Source: Candidatus Bathyarchaeota archaeon (GTDB lineage Archaea > Thermoproteota > Bathyarchaeia > Bathyarchaeales > Bathycorpusculaceae). From it: a DNA stretch of 64,000 bases. The first letter of the stretch is position 1; every line of letters starts with the position of its first letter. Both the position numbers and the translations under genes were made by a program. The notes beneath the pieces are model-generated. The model did no database searches, was not told the DNA's origin, and saw only the letters and a list, made by a program, of their open reading frames with translations. The stretch is taken from contig OY969706.1 of the NCBI GenBank assembly GCA_963702095.1, positions 2,592,001 to 2,656,000 of the forward strand. Reading direction: 5' to 3'. Positions 1-10,352 of the stretch are shown in pieces.

Positions 1-67
1 TTCAAGCAGCTTAGAGGAAAATTTTTATGCCAATACACAGTTGTACAACCTACAACAAGGGAATACA

Positions 68-1375
68 ATGTCGAAATCCTCCGCAACTAAAAAAGGTTTA
101 ACTGAAGCCTACGATTCAAGAGAAAACTGGCCCCCCTACACGTACAGGGATTACCCAGGGATACAACCAGAAACTTACCAGGCATTCATGGAGTTCTTAA
201 ACACCGAGAACACTTCAGGCAGGCTGATGGAGTTGCAGCCGTGGGTTTCGGTCTGTGACTCAAGATGCGCGTTCTGCTATTTCCCAACCACCGCGTCAAG
301 AAACGTCAACATAGAAACCTACCTTGACCTCCTCAAAAAAGAACTCGCCATTTACGCCAAAACCAAATACATCACAACCAGCGTGTTCGACGAAATCGTT
401 TTGGGCGGTGGAACCCCCAGCGTACTATCCGCTGAACAAATTATTGATTTAATTGACTTCTGCAAAACCAACTTCACCACCAGCAAAGAATACTTTATCA
501 AAGTTACCGGTTCCTCAAAGACGCTGGCGATTCCCAAGATCAAGAAGCTAGCAGAGTACGGCGTTTACCAGATGGATATGGGCGCACAAACATTCGATGA
601 TAAACTACGCAAAGCACTCTGCTTACCAGACAGTGCAGCAGATGTTGAAGCAGCCATAAAGTATGCTCGGAGCCTCGGTTTAGTCGTCTGTGCTGACATC
701 ATGTATAACTTGCCAGGTCAGACGATGGAAAGCTGGGAGGAAACGCTCAAGAAAACCATCGAGTTAGACGCCGAAGTTGACTGCTATTCACTTCACGTTG
801 ACCCAGGAACAATCCTTGAAAAGATGATTAAAAACGGCACTTCTCCACCGCAAGGAGACGCTGAACACGAGAAACAAATGTTCATGCTGGCACACAAGAT
901 GCTAACTGAAGCAGGTTACACCGCTGTGGGACACGACCGCTACAGCCGCGTCGAGTGGCATATGCGTGAGAACTGCCTCAACGGTTGGCCATGGGGAGGC
1001 ATCTTAACCACTGGCGCCGGATGCTTCATGGGTTACCTACAGAAGTTCAGTTACTCAAACATAGAGGACATCAACGCCTACATGGAAGCTGTAAAGTCAG
1101 GCAAACTTCCCATATCCAGACTGTCAGAATCCACAATGGATGACATGATGCGCCGCACTATGTCAAGACTCTACCTGCGGTTGCCTGTAAGCAAAAAAGA
1201 GTTCAAAGAAAAATTTAACACAACCCCAGAAAAAGTGTTCCCTAAGCAGCTTGAGAAATTAAAAGCTGAAGGCTTAATCGAGACCGACGACAAAGAAGTC
1301 AGGTTAACCAAGAAGGGTGAACTCTGGAAAGGCAATATCGCTTGGGAATTCGCGCCTAACCAAACTAAATCCTAA
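68..1375 (+). CDS. HemN/coproporphyrinogen III oxidase-like radical SAM protein
   Basis: CxxxCxxC (CDSRCAFC), GGGTPS, GAQTFD, DIMYNLPGQT and a HemN C-terminal-like region; ATG at 68. Confidence 0.85.
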   Translation: MSKSSATKKGLTEAYDSRENWPPYTYRDYPGIQPETYQAFMEFLNTENTSGRLMELQPWVSVCDSRCAFCYFPTTASRNVNIETYLDLLKKELAIYAKTKYITTSVFDEIVLGGGTPSVLSAEQIIDLIDFCKTNFTTSKEYFIKVTGSSKTLAIPKIKKLAEYGVYQMDMGAQTFDDKLRKALCLPDSAADVEAAIKYARSLGLVVCADIMYNLPGQTMESWEETLKKTIELDAEVDCYSLHVDPGTILEKMIKNGTSPPQGDAEHEKQMFMLAHKMLTEAGYTAVGHDRYSRVEWHMRENCLNGWPWGGILTTGAGCFMGYLQKFSYSNIEDINAYMEAVKSGKLPISRLSESTMDDMMRRTMSRLYLRLPVSKKEFKEKFNTTPEKVFPKQLEKLKAEGLIETDDKEVRLTKKGELWKGNIAWEFAPNQTKS

Positions 1376-1431
1376 ATTATTTTTATTTTTTTTAGTTTTT
1401 TGAGAAACAATAAAAAAGAAAGAAATTGGGT

Positions 1432-2088
1432 TTATTGGTGCTTCATCGGCTGGATACCATACCAGGTCATTACTTTGGCAAGAATCGGAACGATTACACC
1501 CAAAGCGATGCTTGGCACGAAGTTGATCAGAATCGAATACGCCGGGTCGGCCCACATACTTTGAGCCATCGATCGTGAAGGCTCCAGAGAGACATAATAG
1601 TTCATGTAGGTTTGGATGACAGCAGTGATTAAGGCAGCGGTTAAGCCTGCGCCTAGCAGTCGTTTGAAGTTGCTTGAGCCATTGTTGAGTGCACCTGCCA
1701 TGTAACCGATGATTACGCCGTTGACAAGGTAGAAGAGCATGCTAACGTCGCCGAAGAAGTTGTAGTTGACAAGACCCTGCGAATAAGTTGCGTAAAGCGA
1801 AGTGTATTGACCTGCACTTGCCACATAATACATGCCGCCCATGATGAAACCAGCTGCTCCACCAGCCCACTTATTCCAAAGCAAGCCAAGGATCATTGGT
1901 ACGCCAAGGACAATCATTTGTGCAAAACCGGAGACAAGAATGATGGCAATGATGTTTTGGTCACCAAGAACATGGTAGGTTCCACCGACGTTAATGTAGA
2001 CTGCAAAGACGTAGATTAGCAGTGCCAGGATGATGGGGATTGCTATACCGTCGAAAATGGTTGAAATTTTTATTTTGTTTTCTGCCAT
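1432..2088 (-). CDS. Multi-pass membrane protein, ECF S-component-like (copy 2 of tandem pair)
   Basis: 218 aa, about 6 hydrophobic helices, LGLLWNKWAGGAAGFIMGG motif; nearly identical to 2112..2768. Confidence 0.75.
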   Translation of the reverse strand: MAENKIKISTIFDGIAIPIILALLIYVFAVYINVGGTYHVLGDQNIIAIILVSGFAQMIVLGVPMILGLLWNKWAGGAAGFIMGGMYYVASAGQYTSLYATYSQGLVNYNFFGDVSMLFYLVNGVIIGYMAGALNNGSSNFKRLLGAGLTAALITAVIQTYMNYYVSLEPSRSMAQSMWADPAYSILINFVPSIALGVIVPILAKVMTWYGIQPMKHQ

Positions 2089-2111
2089 TTTTTTATCCCT
2101 TCATTTGTTTC

Positions 2112-2768
2112 TTATTGGTGCTTCATTGGCTGGATACCATACCAGGTCATTACTTTGGCAAGAATCGGAACGATTACACCCAAAGCGATGCTTGGCACGA
2201 AGTTGATCAGAATCGAATACGCCGGGTCGGCCCACATACTTTGAGCCATCGATCGTGAAGGCTCCAGAGAGACATAATAGTTCATGTAGGTTTGGATGAC
2301 AGCAGTGATTAAGGCAGCGGTTAAGCCTGAGACGAGCAGTCGTTTGAAGTTGCTTGAGCCATTGTTGAGTGCACCTGCCATGTAACCGATGATTACGCCG
2401 TTGACAAGGTAGAAGAGCATGCTAACGTCGCCGAAGAAGTTGTAGTTGACAAGACCCTGCGAATAAGTTGCGTAAAGCGAAGTGTATTGACCTGCACTTG
2501 CCACATAATACATGCCGCCCATGATGAAACCAGCTGCTCCACCAGCCCACTTATTCCAAAGCAAGCCAAGGATCATTGGTACGCCAAGGACAATCATTTG
2601 TGCAAAACCGGAGACAAGAATGATGGCAATGATGTTTTGGTCACCAAGAACATGGTAGGTTCCACCGACGTTAATGTAGACTGCAAAGATGAATATCAGT
2701 AACACTAGTATGATCGGTATGACGATGCCGTCGAAAATCGTTGAAAGTTTAAATTTGTTTTCTGCCAA
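2112..2768 (-). CDS. Multi-pass membrane protein, ECF S-component-like (copy 1 of tandem pair)
   Basis: 218 aa, TTG start; differs from copy 2 mainly in the first ~28 aa and one dipeptide (VS vs GA). Confidence 0.75.
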   Translation of the reverse strand: MAENKFKLSTIFDGIVIPIILVLLIFIFAVYINVGGTYHVLGDQNIIAIILVSGFAQMIVLGVPMILGLLWNKWAGGAAGFIMGGMYYVASAGQYTSLYATYSQGLVNYNFFGDVSMLFYLVNGVIIGYMAGALNNGSSNFKRLLVSGLTAALITAVIQTYMNYYVSLEPSRSMAQSMWADPAYSILINFVPSIALGVIVPILAKVMTWYGIQPMKHQ

Positions 2769-2915
2769 TTTTTATCCCTTGCTCTATTTTACGTGGTGGC
2801 ATGTTTATAAGCTTAATGCTTGCAAGCTTGAAATGTATAAAAACGCCTCCGATTTTCAAACGGAAATTGACAAATGACAATAAAATACAAAGAAAAGAAT
2901 AAAGGGGGAAGTTGT

Positions 2916-4211
2916 TTACTGCCGCGCCATTTTAACGTTGTAGGCTAACGGTAGTCCAGATGGACAAACGTATGAGCATGTTCCGCATGCAATGCAGTCT
3001 TTCGCCCAAAGCTTCTCTGCCTTGGCGAAGTCGCCTTTGATGACAGCGTTGTAGATGGCTACTGGCTGCAACCGGACTGGGCATGCGTCGCCGCATCTGC
3101 CGCAGTGGATACAGGCGGTGGATTTAGGTACTTTTGCGTTGGCTTTTGCGAAGTAGATGATGCTTGAGGTGCGTTTGGTGACTGGAGCATCGAGGGTTGG
3201 AAGCGCCATACCCATCATGACTCCGCCGACGACGACTGCACTGGTCTTGGTCATTTTGAGGTTGTTGGCGTTGAATATGTCGCTGATTGGTGTGCCGATT
3301 TTCAGCATTAGGTTCTTTGGTTTCGCTACGTCGCCGTTTAAGGTGGCTACTCTGCTTATGAGTGGTTCACCCTCGAAAACAGCGTTTGCAATGGCGTTGA
3401 TGGTGGCTACGTTTTGCACGATGGTGCCCATTTCGTAGCTGCGTTTGCCCGCTTGGGGTTCGTAGCCTAAAATGGCTTTCTGCATCATGCCTGCGTCGCC
3501 TTGCTGGTAGGTGAGGTGTTTTGCGACAACTTCTGTGTCTGGTTCTTTGCTAAAGGCTTGTTGAAGTTTAGGTACTGCTTCAGCTTTGCTTTCTTTGGTG
3601 ACGACGATAACTTTAGGGTTGCCAAGGATTTTGCGGACAACGCGGACACCGCGGACTAAGTTTGCGGTGCGTTCAATCATGACGCGTTCGTCTGCTGTAT
3701 CGTAGGGTTCGCCTTCTGCGCCGTTGACGAGTAGGTACTTGATTTTTTTGTCTGCTGGAATCGAGAGTTTAACGCTGGTAGGGAAGCCTGCGCCGCCCAT
3801 GCCGATGATGCCTGCTTCACGGATGATTTTTAGGAGGTCTTCGTTTTTGGTGGTTGCGAGTTCAGATTCTTTGATGGGGCTGATAGCTTTGTCCACGGTT
3901 TTTTTGCCGTCGCCTTCGATGTAGATGGCTTCGGTGGGTGCTTCAAAGCAGCTGTTGTAGGCATTTTCGATTCTGACAACTTTGCCGCATATGGGGCTGT
4001 GAACTGGGGCGCTGACGCGTTCTTTGGTTTCTGCGATTTTTTGGCCGATGATTACGGTGTCTCCGACTGCGACGAGTGGGCTGTTGCTGGCTCCGCTTTG
4101 CTGGTTGACTAGGACAACTGCGACTTTGGGGTCTGGGAAGACTTCGATGGGTGTTTTTCTTGCAACGTCTTTTACTTCAGGTATAACAACTAAGTTTGCC
4201 ATTATGTTCAT
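2916..4211 (-). CDS. rnfC: Rnf electron transport complex subunit C
   Basis: SAPVHSPICG, AGIIGMGGAGFPT, NGAEGEPY, two C-terminal 4Fe-4S motifs (CIHCGRCGDACP, CIACGTCSYVCP). Confidence 0.92.
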   Translation of the reverse strand: MNIMANLVVIPEVKDVARKTPIEVFPDPKVAVVLVNQQSGASNSPLVAVGDTVIIGQKIAETKERVSAPVHSPICGKVVRIENAYNSCFEAPTEAIYIEGDGKKTVDKAISPIKESELATTKNEDLLKIIREAGIIGMGGAGFPTSVKLSIPADKKIKYLLVNGAEGEPYDTADERVMIERTANLVRGVRVVRKILGNPKVIVVTKESKAEAVPKLQQAFSKEPDTEVVAKHLTYQQGDAGMMQKAILGYEPQAGKRSYEMGTIVQNVATINAIANAVFEGEPLISRVATLNGDVAKPKNLMLKIGTPISDIFNANNLKMTKTSAVVVGGVMMGMALPTLDAPVTKRTSSIIYFAKANAKVPKSTACIHCGRCGDACPVRLQPVAIYNAVIKGDFAKAEKLWAKDCIACGTCSYVCPSGLPLAYNVKMARQ

Positions 4212-5331
4212 CTCCCGAAGGGTTTGTTGATCCGTATTTTGTCAATAGCAGGTGTTAATAAGTTCATGATCAACAATGCTAGCAATGTGCCTCCGAAGAA
4301 GTTCATATATGTTTGTATCAGAATGCTTAGAACTGCGAGGCGACGCCGAAGATGATTTGTCCGACTCCACTGTAGGGGGTTGTCGCTGGATCCGTTGCCA
4401 TGAAGAACGCCAGGAAGATTGAGCTGCCGATGAAGAGTTCGAAGAGCAATCTGACTAGGAGGTCTGTGTCTGCATAGATGAAGCTGAAGATGAGTGAGAG
4501 GATTGCGATGGCGACAAGGTAGCTGACGGTGATTTTCCATTTGATGTATTTGCGTGCGAGGACAAAGAGTGCGATGCCTGCGACGATGACTGCGAGGCTG
4601 CATGCTCCGCCGACCCATCCGTGGAACTTGTCGAGAAACATGAGATTAAACAAGTCGTTGGAAGTTACATCCGTTAGCATTACGTTTGGGTTGTTGAAAC
4701 AGGAGCCTAAATAATATGCGAAGGATGAGCCGCCGTTGTTGCCTATGGGGTTTAAGCCAAAGCCTAAGGGCCCTGCGAGTGAGGGAACCATGAGGGGTCC
4801 GTTCAGGAGATGGTCGACTGCAAGGAGGGTTGCTGGAAGCGTGGGAAGCAAAACGAGGAATTTAGCTGCTGCTGCGGGGTTAACCCATTTCCTGCCTGCA
4901 AGACCCATGAGTTTCTTGAACAGGACAAGGCCGATCACGGAGATTAATGCCACGTAGAAGAATGCGATGGGGGCTTCAACTGGTAGACCCATTTCAGTGT
5001 TCATTGCGGGTGAGCCGAGAGTGAAGCTGTCTGCGACGATTAAGCCGAAGACTGCTGCTGACCAAGTGTTGACTTCGCTGTCAACTGCGACTTTGCCGAT
5101 GAGGAAGTCTACGGATACTGCAACGCCGACCGAGATAAGTGCGCATAAACCTGCGGTTAAACCTAAATTCCATCCTGAGGGGGTTGTGACTGAAGACCAG
5201 AGGGCAATTGAGACGATGGTTACTGCCAATATCGCAAAGAAAGTGTATTGCATCAAGCGGTTTTTTGTCATTGCGCCGTGTATGTGTGGTGCTGGATTTA
5301 CAGTTAGTTCATTTGAGTTTTCGTTACTCAT
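4208..5331 (-). CDS. rnfD: Rnf subunit D-like membrane protein with a 1-nt frameshift near 4341
   Basis: PAPHIH N-terminus, NPA, FMATDPATTP; C-terminus (LAVLSILIQ...LLIMNLLTPAIDK..KPFG) continues in another frame to stop at 4208. Confidence 0.85.
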
Positions 5332-5543
5332 ATTATTTTAACCTTCTCAAATTAAGAGGTATTTCTAAGCGCTGACTTATTAAACTTTTTAGGGAACATG
5401 CGGTTTTAGCGCAAAAACGCTTATTATAGGGGCACTAAGGTCCTTTTTTTATGTTTTAACAAATTGAATTCGCTGTTTAGCGCTGTAGGGAAGCAAAGCT
5501 AATACGTTTAGAGACTAAACTATCCTGCATCGGGGACTTTGCT

Positions 5544-6002
5544 GTGACACGCGCAACCGATTTGGAGCCACAAGGAACCACACTAGAAGTCTACCTCTAC
5601 GTCGCCAAAAAAGGGCGGCCGGTGGGTCCCCGCGACGTTACCAAAGGCGTCAACCTCAGTAGCCCCAGTGTCGCCTACCGCCACCTCCAAAAACTCGAAG
5701 ACAGCGGCTTAATAGCCAAAAACGAGTATGGCGAATACCTGCTTAAGCGTCGGGTGCCGCTTAAGAATCAGGTTTGGCTGGACCGCCATTTAGTGCCTAA
5801 ACTGTGGCTCTATGCACTGTTGTTTTTGGCGATCTTGGTAGTGGAGCTTGTGATTTTGGCAATCCACTATGCGGTGGAAACCTACGAGTTCAAAGTTTTC
5901 TTTTTGCTGTTGACGTTGATTACGGGGTTGGCTTTGGCGGTTTTCGCCGTCGAAGGCTACCTGCAGAAGAGACGCAGAGTCATGGGCACCGCAGCCGAGT
6001 AG
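5544..6002 (+). CDS. Winged-helix transcription regulator with two C-terminal TM helices
   Basis: GPRDVTKGVNLSSPSVAYRHLQKLEDSGLIAK wHTH followed by two hydrophobic segments. Confidence 0.8.
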   Translation: MTRATDLEPQGTTLEVYLYVAKKGRPVGPRDVTKGVNLSSPSVAYRHLQKLEDSGLIAKNEYGEYLLKRRVPLKNQVWLDRHLVPKLWLYALLFLAILVVELVILAIHYAVETYEFKVFFLLLTLITGLALAVFAVEGYLQKRRRVMGTAAE

Positions 6003-6105
6003 GGGTTGTTGGGGTTTTCTGCAGGTAGAAAGGAAAGAGCAAAAAGTATTTTCTTAGAGTAAATCTTATATCGACTGGGCAAATCTATTCTCCACTGTGA
6101 ATTAA

Positions 6106-7218
6106 ATGAATCCAACCACAACCCCCTTATTCATGGTTGTTTGGCGGTGTACCCGCAACTGCGTTGGCTCTTGCACCTATTGCAGTTACATAAAAGATTA
6201 TGCAAAAGACCAAGAATTAAACACTGAACAAGCCAAACACATGGTTGATGAAATAGCAGATTTTGGCTCACAGTGGTTTGGAATCAGCGGCGGAGAACCC
6301 TTGGTTCGCCCAGACATCTGGGAAATCATCGAGTACGCCGAAAAGGAACACGGTTTAAACGTTAGTTTAATCACAAGCGGCTACGCTTGGGATAAAGACC
6401 GTTTTGACAAATTAACAAAATACAACGTTAAAACCGCCATCAGCATCGATGGCACAAAAGAAACAAACGACAAAATCAGACGCGTAGGCGGCTACGAAAA
6501 AGCAATGCACGCTATGCAACAGCTTAGCAGCGTGGGGTTGCTGGACTGCTTGGTCACAACCATGACTAAGTTCAACATCAAAGACCTGCCGCATACCGCA
6601 GCGTTGGCAGAGCAATACCACGCCCGCAGCGTCGTCTACCACAACTTGGTCCCAGTCGGACGGGCAGGCGAACACATGGAAGACATCGCCCCAACCGCCG
6701 ACGAATACGAAAAAGCATTCAACCAAATCTACGAAATCCAACGCAAACTCTACGGCAAAGTCAAAGTCAACGTTTACTCACCCTTCTACGCCCGCATAGT
6801 CAAACAGAAAAACACCTCTGACTTCTGGGAATGGTACAACGAAGGCTACTTAGGCAGATGCACCATCGGCGGCAACTACATCGGCATCACAGAAAACGGC
6901 GACTACCGCAGCTGCGGCTTCCACGAAGGCTACCGCGTCGGCAACGTCAAAGAAACCAAACTACGCGACGCCTGGGCACAACTCCAACAAAGCGAATTCC
7001 ACCTAAAACTCCGCGACAAAAGCAACCTAAAAGGCAGATGCGGAGTCTGCGAATACCGAGAAATCTGCGGCGGATGCAGAACACGCGCTGAATTCTACAC
7101 AGGCGACCTCTTCGCATCAGACCCAGCATGCAACTACATACCCAAAGCGCTCCGAGAAGACCCCCAGCTGCTTGAGAAAATGCAGAAAGAAGCACTTGCA
7201 CAAATGAAAAAGCAATAA
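6106..7218 (+). CDS. Radical SAM/SPASM domain protein (NirJ/Ahb/PqqE-like)
   Basis: CVGSCTYC, SGGEPL, SIDG, SPASM CGVCEYREICGGCRTRA...DPAC. Confidence 0.88.
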   Translation: MNPTTTPLFMVVWRCTRNCVGSCTYCSYIKDYAKDQELNTEQAKHMVDEIADFGSQWFGISGGEPLVRPDIWEIIEYAEKEHGLNVSLITSGYAWDKDRFDKLTKYNVKTAISIDGTKETNDKIRRVGGYEKAMHAMQQLSSVGLLDCLVTTMTKFNIKDLPHTAALAEQYHARSVVYHNLVPVGRAGEHMEDIAPTADEYEKAFNQIYEIQRKLYGKVKVNVYSPFYARIVKQKNTSDFWEWYNEGYLGRCTIGGNYIGITENGDYRSCGFHEGYRVGNVKETKLRDAWAQLQQSEFHLKLRDKSNLKGRCGVCEYREICGGCRTRAEFYTGDLFASDPACNYIPKALREDPQLLEKMQKEALAQMKKQ

Positions 7219-7235
7219 AGTTTTTTCCTTATTTT

Positions 7236-9665
7236 TTACCAGTTTAGGTCTGCTTTTTTCACTAAAGCCACTTTTATTAGATCATTCACTGTGAAGGCGA
7301 ATAGCGCAGAAAACGCCAAAATAATGAGGGTCTGCTCTAAATTAACGGGTGCTAATCCCGGTATCCCTGTGGTAACTATGACTGTGGCGATGATGATGGT
7401 CAATATGTTGAAGAAGAGCAGTGCTTTGCTAGGTTTTGAACTCCAGAAGAATCCTCTTTCGCGAACGTTAAAAATGATAAGAGTGGACGAATAAAACAAG
7501 ATTTCAAAAGTGAAAGTATAGAGGGCAGAGGTACCTAGACCAATATGGAACCATATGAGCACGATGTAGAATAAAATGAACGATTCCAGAGTAATCAGAA
7601 AACCGAGAATTATTGAGGCTTTTACGGCGGTACCTATTTTCCAAGTGTCCGGTTTCTGGGACCATCGCAAGTTGTCAGTAGATAACGATATTTTGACAAA
7701 GTCAGTTAAGAAAAAAAGCAAGATTACAGTGTAAGCAGTGATGATGTAGCTGCCTGTGAGAATGAATGCCAAAACTACAAAGATGGCAATTTGGAGGGTT
7801 CTAGCAACCTTGTTAAGTATCCAAGCTGTTATCCGCTCATAAATCACTCTCCCATTTTTAACCAAATCCACAATGCTAGTTAAGCCCTCATTCACCAGAA
7901 CCACGCTAGCTGCACTCTTAGCCACGTCAGTCGCGTTACTTACCGCTATCCCCACCTCAGCCTGCTTCAACGCCGGAGCATCATTCACTCCATCGCCAGT
8001 CATACCCACTATATGGTCGCCGGCTTGTAGGCTTTTGACGATCGTGTATTTGTCTTCTGGAAAAACCTCTGCGAATCCGCCACTTTCTTCTGCTTGCGTT
8101 TGAGCTTCGAGCGGGTCCTCTTTTATGTATGCTTTGAGGTCAGAGGCATTTGTGATTTTTCCAGATAATTCAACGTTTTTGGCGATTTCCTTCGCTATTG
8201 GTAGAGCATCACCAGTCAGCATTTTAACGGAGACGCCTAACTCTTGCAGTTGGGTGATAAGCTGTTTCGAATCCGGTCGAGGCATGTCATAGAGAGCAAC
8301 TAACCCCACAAGAAGCGGTATGCCTTTGAGGCTTGTTTTTGCAACTGCCAGAGTTCGGTATCCTTTTGCTGCGTAATCATGCGTTTGAGATTCAAGCGTA
8401 TCTAATGTGGCTGCGTCAATTTTGCAGGCTTGTGCTATTGTTCTAACTGCACCCTTCATGACGGTAAACTGTACGGCATCTTTTTGCAGGATTGCTTCTG
8501 TACGTCTTGTCATCGCATCGAACGGAGTGAATTCTTTTTGCTTGTACTCGTGTGTCGGCAACTTCTGCTGGTTTGCCAGGTTTAGGAACGCTAAGTCAAT
8601 TGGGTCCTGATTGGCTTCCTGTGAAGCTAAAGCGCCGAAGAGTACGACAGCCTGTTCAGTGAACCCCTTTTGTGGAAATATCTTTGCTATTGAGAGTTTA
8701 TTCAGGGTTATTGTTCCTGTTTTGTCGGCGCAAAGAACATTCATGGTTGCCGCATCTTCAGCCGCGTTTAGACGTGTGACAAGAACACCTTTTCTAGAAA
8801 GTTCCATAGCGCCTATCGACATGCTGACTGTAAACATAGCAGGCAAAGCCACTGGAATCGCCGATAACAAGAGAACCAACACAATGGGCAGCACTTCTAA
8901 AAGTGTGAACCCACGGAGAAAGGAGAAAACTAAGGCTACCGCAATCAAAACAGAGACAATCACTAGTAGCCATCTTACCACGTTAGAGATGACTTTTTCT
9001 ATATGCAGTTTGGGTCTTGCTAACTGAACAAGTTGAGCTGTGCGACCAAAGTAAGTTTTCACTCCTGTGGAAACCACTACACCGCTGGATTCGCCCTTTT
9101 TTACGATGGACCCCGAATAGAGGAGGTCGCCGGATTTTTTCTCAACCGTAAGAGATTCTCCGGTAAGGGCGGATTGGTCAATTTCGACGTTACCCGTCGC
9201 CAGGTTCACGTCGGCAGGTATAAAATCGCCTGCTCTAATTCGGACGACATCACCAGGCACTAATTCTTTGGCTGGCAGAATCTTCCATGCGTTATCTCTC
9301 AGAACCCGAGCGTTGACACGGAGTTTTTCTTTTAGGGCTTCAACTGCACCTGAGGCTCTCTGTTCTTCTTCAAAGCTTAATGCTGCATTGAATATTAGTA
9401 GACCTAAAACTATGTAGACGTCAACGTAGTTCTGCATGTAGAGTGACAACACTATTATCACTTCTAGCATCCAAGCGGTTAAGCCCCAAAACTTCTTAAG
9501 AAAACTCAAAAGGGCGTTAGGCTTCTTTTCGGTGACTTCGTTGAAACCATATTTTTTGAGTCGCTGCTCAGCTTCAGTTTGACTTAGCCCTGCCAAGTCC
9601 AAAGGACTCGGTACACTTGCAACTCCATTATCCTCTGAAAAATTCTTAGATTCTTTAAATGCCAA
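7236..9665 (-). CDS. Plasma-membrane proton-efflux P-type ATPase (P3A)
   Basis: DKTGT, TGES, IPVALP, SQEANQDPID, MTGDGVNDAPALK; start placed at TTG 9665 (the ORF extends to 9758). Confidence 0.9.
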   Translation of the reverse strand: MAFKESKNFSEDNGVASVPSPLDLAGLSQTEAEQRLKKYGFNEVTEKKPNALLSFLKKFWGLTAWMLEVIIVLSLYMQNYVDVYIVLGLLIFNAALSFEEEQRASGAVEALKEKLRVNARVLRDNAWKILPAKELVPGDVVRIRAGDFIPADVNLATGNVEIDQSALTGESLTVEKKSGDLLYSGSIVKKGESSGVVVSTGVKTYFGRTAQLVQLARPKLHIEKVISNVVRWLLVIVSVLIAVALVFSFLRGFTLLEVLPIVLVLLLSAIPVALPAMFTVSMSIGAMELSRKGVLVTRLNAAEDAATMNVLCADKTGTITLNKLSIAKIFPQKGFTEQAVVLFGALASQEANQDPIDLAFLNLANQQKLPTHEYKQKEFTPFDAMTRRTEAILQKDAVQFTVMKGAVRTIAQACKIDAATLDTLESQTHDYAAKGYRTLAVAKTSLKGIPLLVGLVALYDMPRPDSKQLITQLQELGVSVKMLTGDALPIAKEIAKNVELSGKITNASDLKAYIKEDPLEAQTQAEESGGFAEVFPEDKYTIVKSLQAGDHIVGMTGDGVNDAPALKQAEVGIAVSNATDVAKSAASVVLVNEGLTSIVDLVKNGRVIYERITAWILNKVARTLQIAIFVVLAFILTGSYIITAYTVILLFFLTDFVKISLSTDNLRWSQKPDTWKIGTAVKASIILGFLITLESFILFYIVLIWFHIGLGTSALYTFTFEILFYSSTLIIFNVRERGFFWSSKPSKALLFFNILTIIIATVIVTTGIPGLAPVNLEQTLIILAFSALFAFTVNDLIKVALVKKADLNW

Positions 9666-10058
9666 AAAAGCTCCCAGATGGCGTTCAAAATATTTACGTT
9701 TATCCTTAAAGAAGGTTTTAGCTGTGCAGGTAATATATATGGAGAGAGGTTGGGACAAAAAATTTTTGCTAGGCGGATTTAGCCTTGTGTTAACAGTGGT
9801 GGAGGCATAAAAGTTGGGGGTACTGTTGCCTTCTCCTTGTTAACAGCCGAACCCGCTTAACCTCGTTGGCTATCCCTTGCATTGCTACCAACCAATTTAG
9901 TGGTTTTTGGATATAAGAGAATGTGGTTGCATGTTGCCTACAACAAGGGGCCTATTTGGCGCCTATTAGAAACATTTTGCAGAACCCTAAGAGGGATAGG
10001 TCTGCATTGGTTGAGAAGCAGTCTGTTGGTATGTTGGCTTTTTTCCTGTTATATATCG

Positions 10059-10233
10059 GTAGATCAAATTTGTCGGATATGCTTGAGGTTTGTTCCACAA
10101 CCAGCCAGCAACCCTTTCCGTTGTCGAACAAAAAACGCGGTTGCCTGCCAAGCCCACAGGAAGAAGATGAGCAAGGGCGGCTTTGCCTTCTTCTTAAACT
10201 AGAAAAAACAAAAGAGCCCAAATTTTCATCTAC
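10059..10233 (+). mobile_element. Dispersed MITE-like element, family 1 (GAA-stem type), copy A
   Basis: Ends gtagatcaaattt ... aattttcatctac (11/13 inverted); internal ccacaaccagccagcaacc...gaagaagatgagcaagggc...cttcttcttaaactagaaaaaacaaaa shared with 28222, 46071, 55715. Confidence 0.75.
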
Positions 10234-10352
10234 AAATAAGAAGAAGGGGAGAGCTCCTCAGAGCAACAGAAACGGGTTTGTTTTTTGGGAAAAAGTTATA
10301 GCGTAGGTGGACATTAAGCCTACAACAACACTCATTGGATGGTATTTGCTTT

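Larger units (their letters stand above)
1431..2768. repeat. Tandem gene duplication, period 680 bp
   Basis: 1431-2009 and 2111-2689 are identical apart from a handful of substitutions. Confidence 0.95.

Noticed and set aside
4327-4345. Programmed frameshifting or Sec/Pyl read-through at broken genes
   Set aside because: No slippery heptamer or SECIS/PYLIS-like context is visible, and the breaks are indels rather than in-frame TGA/TAG codons.
9882-10306. ORF-track ORFs over intergenic repeats (also 27831-28133, 30591-30860, 55676-56028, 59322-59584)
   Set aside because: They are translations of the repeat elements in inconsistent frames, with no protein motifs.
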